Assembly: GCA_002633005.1 (NCBI GenBank) | Contig: NMRA01000480.1 | Coordinates: forward strand, 1 to 64,000 | DNA from: Phoronis australis | Lineage: Eukaryota; Animalia; Phoronida | DNA: 64,000 nucleotides | Reading direction: 5' to 3' | Shown: in pieces, positions 12,885-25,128 of the stretch | Numbering within the stretch: the first letter of the stretch is position 1 | Layout of the letters: each line of letters begins with the position of its first letter | Made by a program: the position numbers and the translations under genes | Notes under the pieces: generated by a model | Databases searched by the model: none | Seen by the model: only the letters and a program-made list of their open reading frames with translations | Told to the model about the DNA's origin: nothing

Positions 12885-13600
12885 TACACAAAATGAAATT
12901 GTACAGATGTACACATAATGAACACTTACAAATTATACACATAATGAACATGTACAGATAAATTATACAGATAATAAACACGTACAGATGTACATATGAT
13001 GAACATGTACAGAATGATGTACATATAATGAACACATACAGAATATACACATAATGAACATTTACTGATGTATAGATAATGAGAACATACAAATGTGTAG
13101 ATAATTAACACATACAGAATATACATATAACGAACATGATGTACAAATAATGAACACATACAAATTTTCTGATAATTAACACATACAGATGTACACATTA
13201 TGGAACTTACAGATGTACATATAATGAACACGTACAGGTGTATGCATAATGAATATGTATAGAATGTACACATAATGAACACGCATAGAATATACACATG
13301 ATGAACACATACAGATGAACCCATAATGAACTTGTTTACATTTACGTATAATCACATAACACGTACAGATCAACATGTAGTGACCACGTACAGATGAACA
13401 CATGATGAACACGTACAGATTGACACATAATGAACATATTTAGATTTACATATAATCACATAACATGTACAGATCAATACGTAATGAACACGTACAGATG
13501 TACACTTAATGAAATGAACACATACAGATATACACTTTATGAACATGTACAGATTTACATATAATCACATAATGAACATGTACAGATGTACACATACTGG
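12885..13600. repeat. Degenerate ~26-bp satellite
   Basis: Recurrent acatgtacagatgtacacataatgaa-like units; explains ORFs 12841-13412. Confidence 0.9.
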
Positions 13601-13626
13601 AAACTTGTAGATGTATGCTAATCCTA

Positions 13627-14998
13627 GGCCCGGTCTCCAATCTCCGTACTCAGACTCGAATCATGCTCAAACTCACACTTCATACTCAACTCGAGTACAG
13701 ACTCAGCTTTGGTGTGTTCAATGTCATACTCGAAAAATCTGTACTCGAAATTTCGAGCATGTACTCAGTTTTCAAGTGTACTCGAACTGAAGTGTATCTC
13801 ATCTATATTTCGAGTACGATTTTGAGTAAAAATTCGGAGTCTATGCTCAAATTTCAAGTTTGGTATGGCAGTGTGCTTGAAATCGTACTCGAAAATAAAT
13901 ACAAACCAGGGAACAAAATATCGAAAGGGAACCAAGAAACACAGCAAATCTAAAAAAATAAGTTCTCTTACCGTATCTCAGCACTTCAGTTTCAGTTCAG
14001 AGATAATAGTTTTCATCTTAAATCTTCTTATTCTTCACCTTATTAACCCGCCGTATCACTGTATGTTATGGCCGCCATCCCTCTACAATTCCTGGCAACA
14101 GGCACATTGTAATCCGTTGTTGGCGAGTCATAACAAGCGTCGAAAGCAGTTGTGCGAAAAGTCGTGTGAGAAGTTTGTGCTGCCCTTATTTCGGTATGTG
14201 TGCCTACGTTTTGTAGGGTTTCCAAAAGACGAGGAGGGGAGGGAAGTTAAAAACAGTTCGCTTCCCTGTCAGCTACATTTCTCATCATAACTTAGTCATC
14301 TATAATTCCTCAATCCTCAAATGGAATTCCAGATTTTGTTTGCCGATTCCTAAGTAGACGTCTCGTCACTGCCACTGGTGAAATGCCTGCACAAGTATTG
14401 TTTTTTAACTCATGTGCCAAATGTCAACTCACTTGATACATCCGGGTAAAATACAAAGATACAGTATCAAAGTTTGACATCAGCGTAGGCCTACACAGCA
14501 ATGGGTTTTATGTCAAGACTAAATTAGCAACAGAGATGTGATTTGATAAGCTGTTACATATTTCTTAAGACATTTTCGAGACTGAGTGAGAAACTCAAGA
14601 AGTAAAGCTTAACAATTGCCAAATGTATCAAAGAAATGGCATAAGAATATTTATTGAAACTAAAAAATGAATAACAGTTACAGAACACTCAGAATTCCAC
14701 GTTATAGACATTCTCTTGTAGTTGTAGCGACAGCAGACAATAATGTAGGCCTAGTTCTTGGAGTGGTCTATTCCAATAGGGAGCGATGAATCAGCGCGGC
14801 TTTGCGTGATTTTGCATTTCACCTCATAAAGAGTTCCATAGCAACTCGAGTATGAGTGTCAGATTTGAGTACGCTTGGAGTCTACTCGAAATACGACATA
14901 AGATATGCTTTTTTTAGTACGACTCCAGTGATCACGATTTTGAGTATGAAATCTCGAGTATGAGTATGAGTCTGAGTACGGAGATTGGAGACCGGGCC
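13627..14998. mobile_element. PIF/Harbinger-type MITE
   Basis: TIR ggcccggtctccaatctccgtactcagactc / gagtctgagtacggagattggagaccgggcc; flanks cta/ctg (near-match 3-bp TSD). Confidence 0.85.
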
Positions 14999-15345
14999 CT
15001 GATCTTCGACCTGAGACTTTAGCCATTATTAGAGGAAGTTAAAAATAACAGTCGGAAAGAAAAGTGACACAAACGTGTGTTGTTATGAAATATCCAGTAT
15101 GCTAATATGACATTTTGAAACCCGCTTCCTCTGGTGCCTTGGTGCATCTTTGGATAGAACCAAGTAACTGCTTTGCTTTGTTCTGAAAAACATCTTAAAA
15201 TCTTTAGCAACATATCTACAAAATTTATATGAAAGTACACAATAGGGTGGAAAGTGGTTGGAAAACCTGTTGTAGAAGTATTTACCTTACAACAAGTTAA
15301 AGTTTGACGTCCTTAGTGCTTCCATGTTCCCACCTTTTGAAATTT

Positions 15346-15590
15346 GCAATGGTGCACGCTTTAATTGGTTTGTTTATCTCTGCAATGGTGCACACTTTGG
15401 TTTGTTTATCTCTGCAATGGTGCAAGCTTTAATTGGTTTGTTTATCTCTGCAATGGTGCAAGCTTTATTTGTTTTTTTATCTCTGCAATGGTGCACGCTT
15501 TAATTGGTTTGTTTATCTCTGCAATGGTGCAAGCTTCAATTTGTTTGTTTATCTCTGCAATGATACACGCTTCTATTGGTTTGTTTATGA
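15346..15590. repeat. 36-bp minisatellite, ~7 copies
   Basis: Unit tgcaatggtgcacgctttaattggtttgtttatctc. Confidence 0.95.
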
Positions 15591-15870
15591 CACCCCCTGC
15601 CAGTTTACTTCTGTCGTATTTTCTTTGTTCATCTATGCTTATAGGCCTACCTAGTTGTCGCACACCAGTGCCAACACTTGCCTTACATTCTATAAGGAAA
15701 GTACTTAGAAGCACCTCTTGTGGTTTTGATATTAACCATGTGCTTGCGGAAAGTGCTTTCCTTTTTGGTGAGTGTTTCAAGCTGCATGGCCTTCAAAATC
15801 AAGTTAGGAAACAGATCGTTCATTAGCGAGGTCTAATATTTCAAAGTGCTTGTGGAAAGCACCTCAGTGC

Positions 15871-16062
15871 TTGAATGCTAGGCAGGTTAGTCAGGTCATT
15901 GAATACAAGGCAGGTTAGTCAGGTCATTGAATGCAAGGCAGGTTAGTCAGGTCATTGAATGCAAGGCAGGTTAGTTAGGTCATTGAATACAAGGCAGGTT
16001 AGTCAGGTCATTGAATACAAGGCAGGTTAGTCGGGTCATTGAATACAAGGCAGGTTAGTCTG
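15871..16062. repeat. 28-bp minisatellite, ~6.5 copies
   Basis: Unit ggcaggttagtcaggtcattgaatacaa. Confidence 0.95.
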
Positions 16063-16250
16063 GTCGTTTCCAGTATGCAATGCTTCAACTACTTCCTGAC
16101 ATGTCCACTATGTTTCTGCATAGGGGCTATTAAGAGATGAGTGAGGAATCTGGGATTGGCAGAAGCCAGTGCATACTTCATCTATACTGTATTATTTTAG
16201 AGAATTATGTAAGTCATATCATTGGACCAAGAGCATGCATTGTTTTTCAG

Positions 16251-16364
16251 CTGATGTTCGCCATGTTGGCTTGGTCATGGTTCACACGCGAAAGGACCGG
16301 ATCAAGGCATTCATCTTTTGTTGCATTACCTCAGGAATTTTCACAACCGTCCAAGTTATTTTTG
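16251..16364 (+). CDS. ANKH: ANKH coding exon 3 (ADVRHVGLVMVHTRKDRIKAFIFCCITSGIFTTVQVIF)
   Basis: tttttcag| acceptor, G|gtaagt donor; 114 nt, phase 1 to 1; resembles recalled DFKNVGLVFVNSKRDRTKA. Confidence 0.92.
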
Positions 16365-17394
16365 GTAAGTCAAATCAATGTTGCAACCATCTAAACATGA
16401 AAAATCTTTGTGTTAACATAGAGCAATCCCCAATTTTACAAAAACTTTTGAAATATGGGGGTCACTTTTATGCGCGCATGTATTCATTATCAGTGTGCTC
16501 CTAGTGACAGTTTTTTACGTCCACCTCTGTATCTTCATAATTCTCTAACAGATTTTCATAAAATTTGACAGGTAGGTATCTGTTAGTAAGATGACATCAC
16601 CTCCCCTCTGTCAACCAAACCACTCTGACTAATGGTCTCTCTGCCCACTTTTGTAACATGACTACAGGCCGACAACAATTCTGGTAAAATGTCGCCGAAT
16701 TTCAGACAAAAATAATTGCTAATGAAAGAATCTTTTTCCATTTTTGAATGCTTTTTAATAACAATGTTGTGAGTATCCACAGTTTCTCTAGACATTGTTT
16801 TATGCTAGGTAAAGTACCTAAAATAATACCAACATTGTGAATACAGTTTCTGTAGACGTTGATTGATGCTGGCTAAAATACACTGTCGCCAATGCTCACA
16901 ATTTCTCTAGACAATTTGTGGTAGCTTAAGTACTTTGAAAAAAATATTGTGTCCTAAATAAACATCTCAACAAAAGTTTGGAAATTTCTGTTTACTCGTC
17001 CGTTTTATTTTTTATTTTTTGTTTAGTAAAATCATATTGCGTACCAATTAATCAATTGATCAATCAATCATTTATTTTTAGTGTCCAGTAGGAATTGCTA
17101 CCCAACCACAACTTGGACTTATGAGTCACCATCTCCAAAGAGAACGTACCATTGAAAAGCCCAGTCATTCCCCTTTCAACGATTCTCCCACATTCCCTCA
17201 ATAAATGTCTATTCTGTTTAGTAACTTTGCTGTGGAAGAGGCTTGGTCTCAAAGTGAATTTTGCAAATTCAGTTGGAGCTAAATGTGTATTTAAGTTTGA
17301 GCATTCAGCATTTTCAATAGCAATTACAGTGCTGGTTCCATGGTTACAAAAACTTATGACAATTTGGCTATACTTGAACACTTCTAGTAACTGG

Positions 17395-17588
17395 TAGGCA
17401 GTAGTGATGGTCTGTATGATAGACAGTAGTCATAGTCTGACTGATAGGCAGTAGTGATAGCCTGTATTATAGACAATAGTCATAGTCTGACTGATAGGCA
17501 GTAGTGATAGCCTGTATTATAGACAATAGTCATAGTCTGACTGATAGGCAGTAGTGATAGCCTGTATTATAGACAATAGTCATAGTCT
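17395..17588. repeat. 50-bp minisatellite, ~4 copies
   Basis: Unit taggcagtagtgatagcctgtattatagacaatagtcatagtctgactga. Confidence 0.95.
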
Positions 17589-18229
17589 TCTCAGTCTCTG
17601 GTTGACAAACTTGACAAACCATTCGCAGTCACCACAGCGGTTTTTAGAATATTTGCTTCAGTTTGGAGATGGCACATGCTGCTGCCACCTTCTGGGAATT
17701 ACCAGCATCAATTTGTCCAAGAGCTGGGGCCTTTTCTGTATTGCAAAAATGTAGTATACTTGGAGCCAGAACACCAGATTTTCACATTTGAAGAAAGCTG
17801 CAAAATTGGGTACTCGAAACACAATTTGCATTCATACTGAGCCTGCCAACAACAGGAGTTCCATGCTATCATTCAGTGTCTAACAAATTTGATGTTTACC
17901 GCCTGGTGATAACCACTAGCACATCACAGGTGGTGACACTGCTTGGCAAAAACAAGGGAATTTGCAACATTCACTTTGTGACCAAGCCCTCTTTGGCAGC
18001 AAATTTACTGAGCAAATCAAAAATTTCTTGACAAAATGTGGTATTGGAAAGGGGAATGACTGAGCTTTCCATTAGTATGCAACATGATTTAAATAACCAA
18101 AAGTAATGAAAACACAAATTTCCAAACTTTTGTTGAGTTGTTTCGATGGGATGTTACCAAGCACTCTCCAAACACACATCATGGAGGATAGTCAATTTAA
18201 TACATAGTGGCTCCCTGTTTTGTTTTCAG

Positions 18230-18348
18230 GTGCTACTGTTATTGGCACGTACTTTGTGAAGGACTTACACAATGTAACGCCAGTTGTCAACCAAATAGCG
18301 AAAGACTCCATGTTATATCTGGCTGGCCTTCCATTTATTGAGTCAGTG
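18230..18348 (+). CDS. ANKH: ANKH coding exon 4 (GATVIGTYFVKDLHNVTPVVNQIAKDSMLYLAGLPFIESV)
   Basis: ttttcag| acceptor, GTG|gtatgt donor; 119 nt; LYLAGLPF resembles LYLAAFPF. Confidence 0.92.
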
Positions 18349-18707
18349 GTATGTCTAATTGAACTTCAAGGTGGAAAATATCTCGCCTCTTGGTAATTGT
18401 TGTAGTGTAAGCTTGAGCAAGATTACTGCTCTGTAACTTAATTAAAGCGGACTAATCATCAAATTCCGCCTCAAACATGATTTGTTTTCTTCTGTTGTCT
18501 AGTGATCAAAGCAAATGTAAAGTTTGGATAATATTGTCCAAGTTAGAATAATATTGTCCAAGCCTGAATTAGTTTTTGTACTTGAATAATTTTGTTATTG
18601 AAATAGTATTCAAGATGATGAATTAAGTGTCATAGCTGTAATATATCCCTTAGGACAAAAATGCATTAGGTAGCTCTGGTTTCCACACCGACTCATTGTG
18701 AGACCTG

Positions 18708-18955
18708 GGGCTTGTTCCAAGAAACTGACTTAAGTTCATTTCTGACTTAAGTCTAAAATTTGTCTCAAATTGCGAACTTTGAAACTTCTACATCTGATAA
18801 GATAATCAAAATTAAGACAATACTTAAGTCAAAAACTTAAGTCAATCTGAAGATCACTTTTTTGAAATGATCTTGAGACAGATTTAAGTCTTGTCTTAAA
18901 ATTGACTGAAAGTTAAGATCTGTCTTAGCTAAGTCAGTTTTCTTGGAACAGGACC
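18708..18955. mobile_element. PIF/Harbinger-type MITE (248 bp)
   Basis: CTG|gggcttgttccaagaaactgactta...taagtcagttttcttggaacaggacc|CTG; perfect 3-bp TSD CTG. Confidence 0.85.
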
Positions 18956-19403
18956 CTGTGCTCACCAACTAAAATATTGCCCTCCCACATCAATTTCAGC
19001 CAGGACAGTTGTTTTGAAAAGTTCCACAAGACAGTAAGTAAGGGTGAGCACGATTTGTAATGCCATGATTTGCCAAGTGATGAGTAAAAAATCAAATGTG
19101 CACCATTTTGCTAGTCTCTGGTGGATTTCCTTTGCTAGTAATTTTTGAAAAGTGGGCAACTGAAAATAACGCACCTCTGACTCAGTTTTCAAAAAATGGA
19201 CAAGAACTAAATGACGAGTGTGCATTTTTTGCTGTTCTCTATTTTTGTTATTGATATCTTTTCATTACAGGTATGGCTTCTCCCAAATTTTCCATAATTG
19301 TTCAAATCTAATACCTTGATACCAGTCCAACTTATTTGTCACATTCCTTCCTGCCTCTGTACAGACTTTCATTGGCACAGAGATACTGTTTTGCATTTTA
19401 TAG

Positions 19404-19487
19404 GCAAAGTTGCATGAAGGCATGTTACTTAAGGAAAAGCATTCCATCCTAGCTGCTGCTGGTTCCCTTACTGATGTGGGGTCACAG
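19404..19487 (+). CDS. ANKH: ANKH coding exon 5 (AKLHEGMLLKEKHSILAAAGSLTDVGSQ)
   Basis: ttttatag| acceptor, CAG|gtcagt donor; 84 nt; resembles HAGILLKHKYS...SDVIAQ. Confidence 0.92.
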
Positions 19488-19873
19488 GTCAGTGTGCAGT
19501 CGTTGTCATGGCAACCCAATGGATGTGATTGCAGGTGTTACTTGCCATGTTGTTTATAATTGTTAGTGAACAGTTCTGACCTTGTGAAAATTAAGATGTG
19601 AATCACCACCACAGTTTGACTTTTTTACAGTTTGTGATTTGTGGGATATCAGTCTGGCTACCTGTTGGCTGAAAATCTAAGTGACTTGCATTCTCTGTTC
19701 TCATTGGTTGGTTTCACTTTGTTGCCAATGAATGACTTCTTGCAATCCCTTGTAAAGGTCTTGCCTGTCTTGGAAAATGTGGAAAATGTCAAATGAAGAA
19801 TGCATAGAAAAAATACAAACAAATATTAATGGAAAATTTTATAGATTTTGAGAAACTCAGTTTGCCAATCGTA

Positions 19874-20628
19874 CCGGGGTTTTCCGTAGATAAGCCCATC
19901 CGATGAAACGCCCATGTGCGTTTATTCGGAAAATTATGCCGAATTATTTGGTGTTGGAACTTCTCATGTCAAGTGTCTAGATAGTGGTGCTTTAATTTGG
20001 AAAATTTGCTCTTAAACGCCCGCTTAGAGTCCACAAATTCAATTTTGTAGAGGATTTATTATTTATAAAAACAAGAAAAGTGTTGCTGAACTATGCTAAC
20101 AGAACTGGCTCGAATTTGTTTTTTTTTCACAATACGATGTGGCCAAGTTTTCAAGCCAGCCGAAGTTCACAGATTTTCTGTTGAGTGACTTTGGGTACTA
20201 TCATCTTTGTAACAAGGAGATCTAGGAGTGATGCACACATATTTCTTGTCCCACTTGGCAGATATTGCTATTGATAAGCTGCTATAGAAGTTTCAGTTAC
20301 AAAAATACATATGGCGCTTCATGCTGGTAGTTACGTCACGAAAATTATGACTTTCCGTTTACACGCCTCCTTTTCCGAATAAACGCCCGGGCATTTATTG
20401 ATGGGTAAGGTCACGCTAAGGGGTACAATCACAGTGATGTCAAAAACATGATAATTTATGCCCGTTTCTGNACCACTAGTTTTTTCCTACCAGCTTGAAT
20501 TTGAATTTCAAGCACTGATGTCACACTTTTGTGCCCCTTAGCGTGACCATGCCCTGATGTTCCTAAAGTGTCTTGAAATTTTGGTTTTCCGTATACACGC
20601 CCAGGGGCTTATCTAAGGAAAACCCCGG
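19874..20628. mobile_element. Tc1/Mariner-type MITE with TA TSD, containing a nested 140-bp MITE (20409-20548)
   Basis: TA|ccggggttttccgtagataagccc...gggcttatctaaggaaaaccccgg|TA; nested TIR ggtcacgctaagggg / ccccttagcgtgacc. Confidence 0.85.
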
Positions 20629-21027
20629 TATGCCATGCTTTTGCTCTCAGTGATGTGTGTGTGGCCTTTATCTGCAAAAATTACTGTTTTTGTGCTATTT
20701 GTGAGAAATTTTAATGAAAATTATATCGGATTCCTAGAAAACTGATGGGAAACGCGTAGAAAATAAAAACTGGATATTAGCGGGGACAGTAGTCTCATCA
20801 ACTTATTACATAATATTATATAATGGCAGGCAATGGATTTTGTCTTTCATAGTACCACCCAATAAATGCCCTACTCATTAAAGCTGCACACCAGACAATG
20901 TATTGAAAATTTTTGGTCATTCTCTATAGTGCCGGAAGTCTTTGAAAAATCAAAAACTATTAAATATTTTTGGTCAAATTCACTGAGATTTTACCTGAGA
21001 CATGGTGTTGATCATCTTGTGTTGCAG

Positions 21028-21207
21028 ACCATTGTGACTATTCTTCTACTTCTTACTTCACTGAAGGAGTCATCGACCGTCTTGATACCAGTCATTGCCG
21101 TCTACACTGGCATGTTGGCAAGGTTGGTCATATGTGTCGTCTGTTACTATATCAAGGTCCACCCTCATCTCAAAGACATTTCCAACCAATCATCAGATGT
21201 CGTGATG
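21028..21207 (+). CDS. ANKH: ANKH coding exon 6 (TIVTILLLLTSLKESSTVLIPVIAVYTGMLARLVICVVCYYIKVHPHLKDISNQSSDVVM)
   Basis: gttgcag| acceptor, ATG|gtaaac donor; 180 nt; lies within ORF 20866..21258; LIPVIAVYTG resembles LIPILSLYMG. The donor position is slightly less certain. Confidence 0.88.
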
Positions 21208-21348
21208 GTAAACGGATTTCCAACTCTATGCAAAGCTTGGTGGTTTGTTCAAGGTTAGGTAGAAGCCTAGAGAAATTTGATTAACTTGGCAACATTTTAT
21301 CTCAGAAATGGCTAATTGTATTGATATGAGATTTTCAGATACTGTGTT

Positions 21349-21844
21349 CAAGGATTGGAATTTTCCACGGAAACGTGGATTTCCGCTTTTTTCAAATGTT
21401 CTGTCTGCGTATTGTATTATATTTCCGCGTAAAAAAAAATCGGATTTGATATAAAATTTCGGCGGCACATTTTCTTTCTTACCGCGGCGTTGCCGATAAC
21501 TTTCACCTCGAAAAGCGGAAGTTGCTCTTTATGTTTCGGAGGAACGTAAATTGTCAACATTGCCGGGGCATCTGGAATAGGGTGGTGGATTTCTTCAGTG
21601 GCGTCTCGTGTGATTGTAAACCGCGATGACAAATACTACGACTCTGCAGCCAAAATGTGAGGTGGGAGTGGACGGACAAGATAAAAAGACGCAGACACAC
21701 GCTACTGAAGGTGGTTTTTTTTAGTCCTCCCGATTTTTGTTGGCAAAAAGAGTCCACTGCACATCAACTATTTCAAGGCTGGGTGCGCGCATGTTGTGGG
21801 GCGTAAAAACTTCCGTTTTTTGTCATTGGTCATTCCAAGCCCTG
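21349..21844. mobile_element. hAT-like MITE inserted in a 60-bp minisatellite
   Basis: Ends caaggattggaat / attccaagccctg; tgtgtt occurs on both flanks; a second copy of the right end is at 36344-36506. Confidence 0.7.
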
Positions 21845-22170
21845 TGTGTTTCATGCAATATTCTCCAAAATGGCTAATTGTATTGATATGGAATTTTTAG
21901 ATACCGTGTTTTATGCAATATTCTCGAAAATGGCTTATTGTATTGATATGAGATTTTCAGATACTGTGTTTTATGCAATATTCTCCAAAATGGCTAATTG
22001 GATTGATATGAGATTTTCAGATACTGTGTTTTATGCAATATTCTCCAAAATGGCCAATTGTATTGATATGGGATTTTCAGATACTGTTTTATGCAATATT
22101 CTCCAAAATGGCTAATTGTATTGATATGAGAATTTTAGATACTGTGTTTTATGCAATATTCTCCAAAATG
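21845..22170. repeat. 60-bp minisatellite, ~5.5 copies plus one displaced copy at ~21295-21348
   Basis: Unit atactgtgttttatgcaatattctccaaaatggctaattgtattgatatgagattttcag. Confidence 0.95.
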
Positions 22171-23579
22171 CTTGTAGGAATTGTTTTTAAAGTGTTTCAC
22201 TTTTGGATGAGTGGCCATCAAAAATTAGGACTTATCGTTTTTCTTAGAAAGTGCATGAAATGAAAACGAAGGATCAGTAGAAAACTGTAACAGCATTTTT
22301 GAGATTTCATTTGAATATTTATACCAAATGAAGTTTGGTCAGGTTATTTGTACCATTGTTTTGCTATGAATGCACCTTGATTTGAATGTACCCTGATTTT
22401 TTGCTATTGTTTACTACAAAGACATGGTTACGTTACCCTATTACCAGATTGACTAAAAAGTCCTACATAACCTGGTGTTATGACATCCACCATCTTCTTT
22501 TCTCCGAAAGCTGCTAAATTTACTTTATGACTTGTGCTGTGCCACATAGAACACGTTTAGCTTTACTAAGTGCTCCTAACCGTTGTGGAAACATTTGGAA
22601 TGGTTTGTGTCCTTTTAGTCTGCTGTTGACAAAACTGATTGAGACATGTCTATACTTTATATTGCACTCTTTCCTGAAAGTGTCAGTTATCAATTAGAGT
22701 GTGACCATTAATTCAATCGCAATGCCTGAGCAACCAATTTCGCTATCGATACACAAAGTCGCATTTTAATTTGATTCTTATTTCCAGTTTTCACTGTTTG
22801 GGGTCTACCAAAGTTATGATTTATTTGTATTTTTCAAGAGTATTATTGAGTTTTCAAAACTCAATAATACTCTTGAAAAATTTACATCCCAGGATAGTTC
22901 ATCAGTTGGAATCTGATCATGTTGAACATTTGTGTTGCTAAAATTTCTACGAGTGATAAGGTACCTACTTAATATATTTGAGAAAAAAATGAATTAATGT
23001 GACAAACAAGAATCGGGTTGAAAATAATCAAAGTCCCTCTAAAAAGAATGTAATAAAATTTCCTAAAGATGTGCATTGTTCTAGCCTGGGTTATCTAGCG
23101 TTTGTTAAACAGTTCCTTATTAAATGAATATTAAATGTTCTAAATGTTAAAAACCACAACTTTCATCATTGAGATATTTGCTTTTCCAAAGTAATGTCAT
23201 CACGTTTCTTCTGTTTGAATTGAAATTGGTGACATTAAGTCACCTTATTGAAATTGGTGACATTAAATCACCTTATTGCAGTTTTAGATGACCTGGTGTG
23301 AAGTAACAGCGACCTGTCGGGTCTTCTCAAGCCTCAAAATATTTCCTAATCAGAGTTTGCAACAAAAGAGAATGTTGCGTAAATCAAAAGTTATTTTTGA
23401 CAGAATTTGCAGGTCTATTGACCCTTAAAAGAATAAACAATGAAGCTACCTGCTGGAAAATGTAATTTTTGTTTTGTCTAGGTTCTAAAATAAATTGTCA
23501 AAAAATGACTGTTACTAAAAACAGACTTCCGGGAAATTTGTGTCAATTGTGTCTTTGCAGAACCATGCTTTTTGGTACA

Positions 23580-23582
23580 GTG

Positions 23583-23614
<32 letters not shown>

Positions 23615-23630
23615 CGTGCGTGCGTGCGTG
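23580..23630. repeat. (TG)n(TGCG)n microsatellite
   Basis: Directly visible. Confidence 0.95.
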
Positions 23631-23799
23631 TTATGAAGAAGTAATAGTGGTACACGAACAAGTGAACCTCAAAGTGTATCGAATATTTGCAAATTTTTGC
23701 GCAAAATGTTCTCAATGTTTGGGCCATCACCAATTTAAAATTTAGCACCTAAAATTTAAATTACTTGAATTTGGTACGACCAGTATTGCCTACTTCATT

Positions 23800-24250
23800 T
23801 AATTTCATACAAGCTCTAGCCTTGAGCAAAGTAAATAAGTTGATGCAAGCTCTACCTTGAGCAAAGTAAATAATTTGATACAAGCTCCAGCCTTGAGCAA
23901 AGTAATTTGATACAAGCTTTAGCCTTGAGCAAAGTAATTTGATACAAGCTCCGGCCTTGAGCAAAGTAAATAAGTTGATGCAAAGTCTGCCTTGAGCAAA
24001 GTAAATAATTTGGTACAGGCTGCAACCTTGAGCAAAATAAATAATTTGATGCAAATAATTTGATGCAAGCTCCAGCCTTGAGCAAAGTAAATAATTTGAT
24101 GCAAGCTCTGGCCTTGAGCAAAGTAAATAATTTGATACAAGCTCCAGCCTTGAGCAGAGTAAATAATTTGATACAAGCTCTGGCCTTGAGCAAAGTAAAT
24201 ACTAAGATTAGTTTGATGCAAACTTCAACCTTGTGCAAAGTAATAAATTT
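23800..24250. repeat. ~36-bp minisatellite, ~12 copies
   Basis: Unit ttgatacaagctccagccttgagcaaagtaaataat, with length variants. Confidence 0.95.
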
Positions 24251-24816
24251 TCACCATCTCAAAGTTGAGGTTTTTTTGCTGTTAGTTATCCAGGTTTCAC
24301 GTCATCAAGTTATCTGACAACCGTCCAACAATGCATTTGAAAAATGGTAACAGTGCCACCGTTTGCAGAAGACCAAATCCTCCAATTTTGGGAATATACA
24401 CATGGTTTTGCTTTTGGTTGGATATCACCATGATTACTTATTCTTGGGTGTTTGTCAAATGTTATGTATTATCAGTTGATAAACTTGTCAACAAAACTAT
24501 GAGACAGTGAAGTGTACACTGCAAAAACATTGCATGTTTTGAGACATGCAAAATTTCTGAAACTTCAAACAAGATGAATTTTAGTTTGAAATGGAGCATC
24601 AGAAGCACTGCCATTGAACTCCACCACGGACAAATTTTAGTTGTGGAAAATTAGAATTGTCAACTCGACTGATTTCAGAACTTCTAAAAAGCAAACAACC
24701 GAACAAAAATAATATATGACTTTACTAACTATTCTACAGGTCTCGGTGTGATAGTTACAATTATGGTTGTAAGCCTGGCTGTGCATTAATTGTAATCTCA
24801 CTTTTTTCCATTTCAG

Positions 24817-24951
24817 AAGGCAGTTAGTCTGCGCAGTATACTGTGCTTCTGGTGGCCTATAGCCTTGGTGACGTTGGTGCAGAAGGTCAGCCGACCAGTC
24901 ATTAACATATTTGTGGCTCGGTCTGAGCCAGATGAAAAAATGGCTGCCCAG
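24817..24951 (+). CDS. ANKH: ANKH coding exon 7 (KAVSLRSILCFWWPIALVTLVQKVSRPVINIFVARSEPDEKMAAQ)
   Basis: tttcag| acceptor, CAG|gtgagg donor; 135 nt; FWWP and SRPV motifs. Confidence 0.95.
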
Positions 24952-25128
24952 GTGAGGCCAAGGACTTGGAGATTGAAAAGACATATAGTTGTTTTGTTGC
25001 CATAAAAATGCATGTTACACAGGACCTAGCCATGCCCTGTCCCCTCCCTTCGAATACCACAACACTGTTTTAAATAGTATAATATTAACTTCAACAGGTC
25101 AAACACCTCGGTACAAACTGAGCTGTCA

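Noticed and set aside
12841-24317. Numerous 60-150 aa ORFs with periodic peptides
   Set aside because: They are translations of minisatellites and MITEs inside ANKH introns.
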